Shown here: positions 54,908-64,000 of the stretch, one piece after another
Layout: each line of letters begins with the position of its first letter
Numbering within the stretch: the first letter of the stretch is position 1
Assembly: GCF_006345805.1 (NCBI RefSeq)
Contig: NC_043020.1
Span: 26,040,001 to 26,104,000, forward strand
DNA from: Octopus sinensis
Lineage: Eukaryota
Length of the DNA stretch: 64,000 bases
Direction of reading: 5' to 3'
Notes under the pieces: generated by a model
Seen by the model: only the letters and a program-made list of their open reading frames with translations
What the model was told of the DNA's origin: nothing
Database searches by the model: none
Program-made: the position numbers and the translations under genes

Positions 54908-55730
54908 CACTCTCTTTATCCCTATTTCTTACACACATACACACACACACACTCTCTCTCTCTCTCTGTTTGTGGGGTCAACCACGTCCTCCGCTTCATT
55001 TTTTGTTATTCACTCATTATCATTTAATTGTATATATTTTAATTGTTTGTTTATTCATGTTTCGTCTCATTCGATACCCTGACCCCAAACTTTTGTTTTG
55101 TCCCCTCTTTTTCTCAACCTTATGGTGAATAAAGAAATACTCTCTCTCTCTCTCTCTCTCTCTCGCTCTCTCTCTCTCTCGCTCTGGCCTTCAGCTGCCA
55201 ATTCTTAGATGATTCACTTCATCAAATAAGAAAGGATTAGGTGTATGTCTGTCTATAACTGCTCGCGACTACACAGGCACCTTATGAAATTATTGAAAGT
55301 ATGGTGCAGTCCACCAGCTGTTGTTCTTTTGTGTATGACGACGCAACACTTCGTTATCCAAATAGTTTCTCAATTACGTTTTCATCGTCTAGCCTTTCTA
55401 ATTCATTTAGCTTTCTATAGAAAATACGAAAACTATATCTTACTACGAGAACAACTTGATTATAAATGACAATAACTATGTTTATTTGCTTTTAGCTCTG
55501 TATTTACGATTAATCTAATGTGTGTCTTCTTTCTACACCATTTATTTCATTTGTGAGTGCTGTTCTTATCTATCGAGTTCATAAACTCATTAATTCTATG
55601 TATTGACTCTTCGCAAGTCTGTTTTGTGCCGAATTCTCATCTCTCCGATTGCTTTCCATCTGTTACATGTTATCTCATTCAGTAATTAAAATGCGGCCGC
55701 GCTGGGGCACTGGTTTGAAGTGCTTTTAGT

Positions 55731-56126
55731 CGATAAAGTCGTACCTAGTATTTAGGGACAGACAAACGGATTAAGTCGATTACACCAACCGCAGTGCGTA
55801 ACAGGTACTTATTTAATCGACCCCGAAAGGATGAAAGGCAAAGTCGACCTCGGCGGAACTTGAACTCAGAACGTGGCGGCAGACGAAATACCTATTTCTT
55901 TATTACCCACAAGGGACTAAACACAGAGAGTAGAAACAAGGACAGACAAACGGTTTAAGTCGATTACATCGACCACCGTGCATAACTGGCACTTAATTTA
56001 TCGACTCCGAAAGGATGAAAGGCGAAGTCGACCTCGGTGGAATTTGAACTCAGAACGTAGCGGCAGACAAAATACGGCTACACATTTCGGCCAGCGTGCT
56101 AAGAATTCTGCCAGCTCGCCGCCTTA
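55731..56126 (-). mobile_element. SINE-A multimer
   Basis: Repeated aaggcaaagtcgacctcgg..gaactcagaacg, head ends ..cagctcgccgcctt. Confidence 0.85.
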
Positions 56127-56329
56127 GAGTGAATATATAATTGTATAAACAAAGACCTCATTTCCAGAACAAGACAAAGGATTTTTCATTTATGAATCAT
56201 GATATATCAATTGCGGATGAACAGGGCCATATTCGAAGGTGAAAATACATTGTCAGTACTGACAAACGGTTACCATAAAGAATGGCTTGCAATTTATTCG
56301 CATGTTTAGCGTATATATTTATTGGGCGC

Positions 56330-57411
56330 TATTGAAATCATGGATAACATTCAGAGAATGGATGGCCAGAAATCTGTATATTAACCAATCAGTGTGATAT
56401 CGAAACCACTTCTGTGCTCTCCACCGTTCCAAATGTCCCTTTATTGATCAGCTATTGCTACAACGTTTTTATCACAAACAACAGCCATTTCAGACTTTCG
56501 GAAAGGAGTTTCTTTATCAGGTATTTATAAATTCTCTGAAAAATTATTGTGATTATGTTTCTGTACGCTGTAAACAGGCAGATTAAGTGCCTGTATATTT
56601 TAATAGCGGTTGTTTCTCCAGTTACAGGATTTCAAATATGGTTCATCTTCTCAATTGGCCACTACAATGCTATTTCTGGCGGCTTTTTCATTGTGTTATT
56701 CCATGATGTTGGCAGTAGTCTCTATACGATTATTCAATATTGTAAGAAAATATTTAGAAGATTATATATAATTTTCTGGTGCCTTCCGGGGGTTTCTTCC
56801 AATCTTCGTCTTGTGTTGAAATAGTCTTACGCGGTTTTCAGAAAGTGCACTTGTGTTGTTCCCGCCTATTCATGACCACATTACACACACACACACACAC
56901 AGACGCACACATTATGCATCTACATACATATATGCACACACACACACATATATATATACGCATATACACACAAACGCATACACACACAGCCATATGCATA
57001 CATATATGCATATGCATATGTGTGTGTATATACATATATATATACGCGTATATGTATATGCGTGTATATATATGTATATATGTATATATATTCATGTATA
57101 TATATGTATATATATGCATATATATATATGTATATTTACGTGTATATATATGTATCTATATATACGTGTATCTATATGTATATATATATATATATATACA
57201 TGTATATATATGCATACGTATATGTATATGTACATGCATGTATATATGTATATATATATACATGTATATATATATGTATATATATATATATACGTGTATA
57301 TGTATATATATGTATATATCTACATATATATATGTGTATATATATATATGTATATATATACATATATACACATGTGTAGATATACATATATATATATGCA
57401 CATATATATGT

Positions 57412-57450
<39 letters not shown>

Positions 57451-57886
57451 TATATGTAGATATATACATATATATATGTAGATATATACATATATATATA
57501 TGTATGTATATCGCGTCCCAAAATTTCTGTTATTGCTGGTCTTGGTGATGTTGTCGGTCTTGTAGCGGTCGATGCTACAGTATTGTTGTTTTTTTTTTCT
57601 TCTTTTACCTGGTTTTCGATAAAATCGTTTTAAGTTTGAATTCGAGCTGTTTGTCTTCTTCAAAAGAACCGCTGTCGTCTTTTCATCTCCCTGATTCTTT
57701 GCGATTTTTGTGGTGTATCTCTTGTTTCAAACGCTATTTGATTCCGGGTACATCTTTTGTTGTTCTCTCATATACCCATAGTAATTCTGTTTTTCATTCC
57801 TGACGTTTTCTTTATTGATTTCTTTCCCGGATTGAGATATCTTTTCTCTGTTTTTATTCATCGCCTTTCTTTTCCATATATATCTT

Positions 57887-57946
<60 letters not shown>

Positions 57947-58207
57947 AAGATATGTATATATATATATATAAAGATATGTATATATATAAAAATAATGTAT
58001 ATATATATGTATTTTTATAAAGATATGTACATATATATATAAAGATACATATGTATATATATATATATATAAAGATATACATACATACATATATACATAC
58101 ATATATATAAAGATATATATATATATTTATAAAGATATACATACATACATAGATACATATATATATATATATATATAAAGATATACATACATACATACAT
58201 ACATACA

Positions 58208-58243
<36 letters not shown>

Positions 58244-58960
58244 TATGTGTGTGTGTGTGTATTTGTTTTCAAAGTTATTGACTTATGTTTTGATATTTCT
58301 CTACGAGTTGATCTCAAAGAAAGCCCACATTCCTTTGAAAACTTCCCAGTCTGCTGTTGTCTACGTTGTTTTTGTGTAGCCTGGTAATATCGATGTTCTT
58401 CTACGATGACCAACGCTGCTCTTTATTTCATCCTCTCAAGCTCTATCACCGAAGCCTCCATTCATCGCTTTGTAGGAAGTCCATTCGATTTTCATTATAT
58501 AACTATTTCCATCTTAACAATATGCTCATATTCATAATTTCCATCTTTACAATTTTCTGTACTTAAGTCTACCTCATATTCCAATTCACATTTTCATTTG
58601 AGCTACTCTGTTTCCGCGTGTGTGTGTTGGAAATCTGAAATATAATTTCACCGAGTCTTATTAGTTATTTTTGGTCGGTTCTATAACCATAATTTTCTTT
58701 GCTGACATTTTTATTCCTGTTGTTCAGCAGTTAGTTACTTTCTCTTTATTTTCGATGCTTTCCTTTTGCCGTTTAGAAAATGTAACTTGTTTTTTTTTGT
58801 TTGTTTTTTTAATTCACCTCGTGTGTTTGGATAAATATTCTCGGTCATATTAGTGTTATTTCCTCTCCTGATAGCATATGTTTCTGTTTTGGTAGTCTGT
58901 AAAATTGGCATGTTGTTCCGAAAAGTACGTTTTGTAGAATTATATGTTACCACTGGTCGG
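56330..58960 (-). mobile_element. Decayed 5' half of an R4-like LINE, split by two large TA/TG microsatellite blocks
   Basis: Remnants of QKSQRIR..RQRFF..KRFYR (57640-57760), RKAP (WKAPG-like, ~56780), IYRHLICLFTAYRN (YRPITCL-like, ~56560-56610) and Q*LINK. Confidence 0.5.
56880..57510. repeat. Large (TA)/(TG) compound microsatellite
   Basis: Directly visible. Confidence 0.97.
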
Positions 58961-58969
58961 ATTTTCTAT

Positions 58970-59470
58970 CATCATCATCATCTTCATCATCATCATCATT
59001 TAACGTCCGCTTTTCATGCTAGCATGGGTTGGATGGTTTGACTGTGGGCTGGCGAACCAGATGGCTGCACCAAGCTCCAGTCTTGATTTGGCAGAGTTTC
59101 TACAGCTGGATGTCCTTCCTAACGCCAACCACTCCGAGAGTGTAGTGGGTGTTTTATATACCACCGGCACGGGGTCCAGTCTGATGGTTTCGGCAACGAC
59201 CTCGCTCGAATTTTTACACATGGGCCAGTCAGGCGGTCCTGGCGACGACCTCGCTCGAATTTTTTACACATACCAACGGCACAGGTGCCAGTAAGGCGAT
59301 GCTGGTAACGATCCCGCTCGAATGGTGCCTCCTACATGCCACCGGCACGGGAGCCAGATAGCCACTCTGGCAACGATCACGCTCAGATGGTGCTCTTAGC
59401 ACCCTACTAGCACGGGGCACAAGTGCCAGTAATGCGAGGCTGGCAACGATCACGCTCGTATGGTGCTTGT
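58970..59470 (-). mobile_element. Non-autonomous retro-element with RTE-like 3' end ((ATG)n tail) and internal tandem repeats
   Basis: Minus strand ends ..cccatgctagcatgaaaagcggacgttaaatgatgatg. About five diverged 45-65 bp units share gg(c/t)aacga(c/t)c(t/a/c)cgctc at 59150-59470. Confidence 0.55.
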
Positions 59471-59541
59471 GCCCGTCATCAAATTTCACTTTGATCTTGG
59501 TTTCGGTTGGTTTTGATTTTGGTTTCTATCCAACAAACATT

Positions 59542-59806
59542 TATAAATAAAAGAGGCAGACAACATGTTGCTCAGCCACCTGATGAAAGACATGGAGTTT
59601 ATATTCCTAATTTAGGAACGCGTTCGTAAATAACCATTAGACTTTGCTTTCGTTATTTATTCCTTCTGGTTTGCATATGTGAATTACAAGGATATGTCAT
59701 AGGTGGAGTCTCATTTGTAGAAAATAGAAATAAAGAGTCTTTGACTGCTATTTCTAATTTTTCGGTATGTGGCTAAGCAACCTGTTGTCTGCCTCTTTTA
59801 TTTATA
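59542..59806. mobile_element. Short element with 38-bp terminal inverted repeats; CTGATGA directly inside the left repeat
   Basis: tataaataaaagaggcagacaacatgttgctcagccac (59542-59579) versus gtggctaagcaacctgttgtctgcctcttttatttata (59769-59806), 2 mismatches. Confidence 0.65.
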
Positions 59807-59940
59807 TACAATATATATATATTGAACTTTTATAAAAGTTCCTACCGTTAATGGTTATATTTACATGCCGAAATCTACCCGTAAATAATTGTTTTTTAAA
59901 CCATTAAAGTTATTATTTACCCTTACTATATTACCAACAA

Positions 59941-60244
59941 GTGGAGGCGCAATGGCCCAGTGGTTAGGGCAGCGGACTCGCGGTCGTAGGATCGCGGTTT
60001 CGATTCCCAGACCAGGCGTTGTGGGTGTTTATTGAGCGAAAACACCTAAAAGCTCCACGAGGCTCCGGCAGGGGCTGGTGATCCGGCTGTACTCTTTCAC
60101 TACACTTTCTTTCACTCTTTCTTCTGTTGGCCTGTTCGCTTAGCCAACGGGGTGGCGTCATTCGGAGGCTAAAACAATGCGAACGCATTGTGACCAGCGA
60201 TGTGTAACAACATCTGATGGTCTGGTCGGTCACGTGATCACGTG
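59941..60244 (+). mobile_element. SINE-C (tRNA-derived head) with 13-bp target-site duplication
   Basis: Head ggcgcaatggcccagtggttagggcagcggactcgcggtcgtaggatcgcggtttcgattccc. TSD atattaccaacaa at 59928-59940 and 60245-60257. Related copies: 30300-30590(+), 51575-51880(+), 52040-52277(-), 25905-26250(-). Confidence 0.9.
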
Positions 60245-60524
60245 ATATTACCAACAAACATTTATATTTAGAAGCTGGATGCATCTTGTTTACTTGTATT
60301 ATTCGGCCGCACCAGTTCAGACGGTAGAAGTATGGGTAACAATTGTTCGGATTTTGTGTCCAATCAACGAGTGTATTCATAAACTAGGACGCATCATGTT
60401 ACCTGTAAAATTTCGGGGGGTCGGCTATTTAGTTATGTTGCTCGACTTACCGAGTTGGGTCCTGCGTATCGTGTACTCTTCTCTGAGGATTCAGCTGGGG
60501 GGTCACGGCTCATATTAGTCGGCT

Positions 60525-61270
60525 ACATCATCATCATCATTGTTCGACCGTGGTCGAGACAATGGAATTTACCATGCTACGCCAGACTTCAGGGTCCACC
60601 ATAGCATTACAGAGGTCCTGTTTCGGGATGCCTGTATCCCTGGAGATTACATCAGGGTAGGAGAGTGTGCGCCCTCTGGTATCGCGAGCAGATGGCTTCC
60701 CGAGGAGAAGAGCAGATTTTACCTTGTTTTCAGCTCTACAACAATGTCCAGCAAACGACTTTTCTACCTTTCACAAGAGATGATACAGGTGGTAGTTTCC
60801 AATATATTTGTACTTTGGTTGGATGACACTTCCACGAGAGATTTTGAGCTCTCATAAGGAGGCGAGTGTAAGTTCCATCCAACCGCCTCTCAAGCTTCTT
60901 TGATCAACGTCCAGGTTTCTGAGCCATATAGCAGAATTGGTTCGACTGTGGCTTTGAAGATTTTAAGTTTGAAATCTCTACTTAGATTTGATGACCACGA
61001 GGGCACAGCGTACGAGCAAGTATCTGACAGTGGTGGAGGACTGACCGGAACACTGCTGGTTGGGGTTACCCGGGATGACCCGAGCAAACACCAAATAATG
61101 GCGGATGGCTGCAGCGATGCGCTGCGCTGCCACGGCGAATGTGCTCATACGTGACCAATACATTTTCGTCTCCATTTCTGATTTATTTGAAGAAATTCGA
61201 AGAAATTCAGACACTGTAAGCATCAAGGCATGTTTCCCTCGATACCACGGCAATCACTAACCTGATTAGA
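60525..61270 (-). mobile_element. RTE-type LINE 3' region fused to a non-coding-looking GC-rich 5' segment; (ATG)n tail
   Basis: WSSNLSRDFKLKIFKATVEPILLYGSETWTL..RLDGTYTRLLMRAQNLSW..FAGHC..LSYPDVISRDTG. Ends in atgatgatg. Coding similarity stops near 60990. Confidence 0.75.
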
Positions 61271-61676
61271 ACTTTCAGACTCTTGATATTCCAGCAGTGT
61301 TTTTGTGATGAGAAAAATTTCTTGCTTGGCTCTGATACACCCATTTATTCATTTCCCATTGCTCTTAGTTCATTAGTTTTATTGTATTTATTCCTAACTA
61401 TTTTGTTTTATTACTTCCACTTATTTTATTATTGTTTGCTTAGACCAGAATCAATTCAATTATTTCTATCGATGATATATATCCTATATACTTTTTTTTT
61501 TTTACAATAAAACAATGTTTAGTCCTCAAATACAGGAGGCCACAAGAGATTTGCACGAAAATGAATAAAACAAAATGAAGTAATGGAAAATAAAACAAAA
61601 AAAAATACACAAACTATCGGACAAATAACCAAGCAAAATATCTACATAGCATTTCTATTTACTTATAATTTCATTG

Positions 61677-61679
<3 letters not shown>

Positions 61680-61737
<58 letters not shown>

Positions 61738-61738
61738 A

Positions 61739-61769
<31 letters not shown>

Positions 61770-61771
61770 TA

Positions 61772-61860
<89 letters not shown>

Positions 61861-61874
61861 TATTATTATTATTA

Positions 61875-61905
<31 letters not shown>

Positions 61906-61910
61906 GTTGT
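61680..61910. repeat. (ATT)n array
   Basis: Directly visible. Confidence 0.97.
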
Positions 61911-62209
61911 CTTGATGTTGATGATGATGGTGATGATGATATTTGTTACATTATATGTTTCCGTGTTATTATTTTTTTTATGGGTAAACAGGTATGAAGA
62001 AAAATCCGAGTTTCGCACCATTAATTTTTGGCTTGGAAGTTACAACTGATACATCGGACGAAATTGTCCATAATTAATATCATATCAATAAATAGCAGTA
62101 ATAATAATAATAATGATAATAATACTAATAATAATAGTATTTGCTAAAGTTGTCCATGAATTTGTACAAAATGTGTTACAAAAGCGAATACAGGACATGT
62201 AAGAATGAA

Positions 62210-62260
<51 letters not shown>

Positions 62261-62374
62261 CTTAATCAGTTATGATGTTGACAATGACTTCGTAGATTTA
62301 GGTGGCCGAAATTTCGAAGTCACTCAAAACCATATCCTTTTTTCAGAATCCTTTCTACTAAAGGTACATGGCCT

Positions 62375-62565
62375 TGAAAGTTTGGGGCAAGGGGACTAGT
62401 CGATTACATCGATCCTAGTACGCAACTCGTACTTAATTTATCGACCCCGAAATGAGGAAAGGCAAAGTCGACCTCGGCGGAATTTGAACTCAGAACGTAT
62501 CGGGAGTCGAACTACCGCGAAGCATTTCACTGGGCGAGCTAACAATTCTGCCAGCTCGCCGCCTT
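62375..62565 (-). mobile_element. SINE-A monomer with tail 2
   Basis: Head ..cagctcgccgcctt, core and alternative tail. Confidence 0.8.
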
Positions 62566-62809
62566 ATACTTCTAGAGTGAGAAACAGGAGCTGCAATAAC
62601 TTTGGACTAGGATTAAAAGGCCGACAGGTCTTCAATGCCCATTATAGTATATTATGGGTGCATAAAGAAATACGATATCTCTACAAGTAATTTAAATGTC
62701 CCTGGCATTCAGCTTTGAATCCAATATTTTTCTCTCTCGCTGCAGGTATTCTTTCTTTATCTTTTGTTTCATATCATTGTGCTTAACTCCACCTGCCTCA
62801 CGTATTCCT

Positions 62810-62912
<103 letters not shown>

Positions 62913-63290
62913 ATATATATACTCAAAATAAGCAACAAGAATGACTCCGGTAATTTGGTACAATCGTTTCGTACTACATCATTTCTCTGTTGCTTAATTT
63001 GATTATAATCACCCCTCAAATTTTTATGGATAACACCATACAAAATTCTGTAGCATCTAAATTAAGTACCATATTCATTTGAATCTAAATTTTTCCTGAA
63101 CTTATATATATATATACATATATAAATATATATATATATAATTGAGTAGTTGAATGAATTATCTTATTATGGATAATTCGGTTAACCGATGCCTAGGTAG
63201 CAAATTCACGTCACAAAAACACGGTTGAAGATACATGCCTAGGGCAGAGATCACGTGTTATCGTGTGGAAATTTGTGTGTTTTTTTTAAA

Positions 63291-63584
63291 TACAAATAAA
63301 TGAAAGAATGGAGTTGAACGACGAATTAACAAAATTCCTTTATTTTATCTTCGACATATGTTTCGAAGGCTGCATATTCCTAATTTCGAAGGAATAAGGG
63401 GTGCATTATGCCGCCTTCTCATCAGGAAAAGCAAGGAACTTATGTCAGCATCAAGATGCACAAAAACTTTTAGATAACTGCCCACACGGAGCACATAGGA
63501 ATATGCAGCCTTCGAAACATATGTCGAAAATAAAGTAAAGGATTTTGTTAATTCGTCGTTCAACTCCATTCTTTCATTTATTTG

Positions 63585-63586
<2 letters not shown>
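63291..63586. mobile_element. Fold-back element with ~92-bp inverted arms, carrying the hammerhead; Penelope pLTR-like
   Basis: 63291-63382 is the near reverse complement of 63496-63586, with a 113-bp spacer. The right end runs into (TA)n. Confidence 0.7.
63332..63441 (-). ncRNA. Type I hammerhead ribozyme (predicted), canonical core
   Basis: Minus strand reads AAGUUCCUU-GC-UUUUC CUGAUGA GAAGGC..(42 nt)..GCCUUC GAA AC-AUAU-GU C / GAAGA-UAAAAUA-AAGGAAUUU. All core nucleotides are present with a GUC triplet, stems II and III pair, and stem I is bipartite with an internal loop. Confidence 0.8.
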
Positions 63587-63643
<57 letters not shown>

Positions 63644-63873
63644 GATTTAGATTCAATTGTCTTCATCATCTCACAACTTGGCATACATGCTTTCTGTCCT
63701 GGCAAGCGTTCCTCGTCTCATCCTCACCATAGCACATTATGAAAGATACCAGTACATACCAATCTACATACATGGATATCTATAAATATATACATTGGTA
63801 TTAGTATGTATATATACATCTGCATAAGTATGTATTTATATATATACATATGTATAAGTATGTATATATATAC

Positions 63874-63904
<31 letters not shown>

Positions 63905-64000
63905 GTGTGTGTGTAGTGTATGTATATATATGTCTGTGTGTGACTGTGCGTGTGTGTGTGTTTAACGCATACATATGCTCATCGACAAATACCACACACA

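Noticed and set aside
56150-56290. RAIFEGENTLS on the plus strand as an inverted piece of the R4 RT (RGIFQGDSLS)
   Set aside because: A single short, degenerate match that cannot be distinguished from chance by eye.
59943-60020. tRNA gene candidate (also other SINE heads)
   Set aside because: A and B boxes are present, but there is no good acceptor stem, and the sequence runs into a SINE body bounded by a TSD.
62955-62985. GAAACGATTGTA on the minus strand, identical to the 3' core of the 23-kb hammerhead
   Set aside because: No CUGANGA, no stem II and no stem I partner.

Overview
AT-rich eukaryotic intergenic or intronic DNA, saturated with microsatellites and transposon relics, with a 100-N scaffold gap at 15096-15195. 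The SINE repertoire resembles octopus (coleoid cephalopod) repeats as I recall them; this is inference, not a database result. No host protein-coding gene can be supported, and nearly all ORFs in the supplied track are translations of simple repeats. Recognisable elements: (1) a full-length ~5.9 kb L1/Tx1-clade LINE at 39685-45540 (ORF1 with CCHC knuckle; ORF2 with APE, RT and Cys-His motif), broken only by single-base indels; (2) many decayed R4/Dong-like LINE pieces, several at (AAT)n tracts; (3) RTE-type fragments; (4) an internally deleted Helitron; (5) at least four tRNA-like SINE families, one forming head-to-tail concatemers; (6) a Tigger/pogo-like MITE. Main discoveries: several short fold-back elements beside (TA)n tracts carry hammerhead-ribozyme folds (canonical at 63332-63441; mirrored pair inside a 330-bp palindrome at 23156-23487; variant or decayed copies at 32626-32663 and 59580-59630), suggesting Penelope-derived or retrozyme-like self-cleaving elements. 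Also, the 3' tail of the concatemer-forming SINE matches the 3' end of the Tx1 LINE in the same window, a candidate SINE-LINE partnership.
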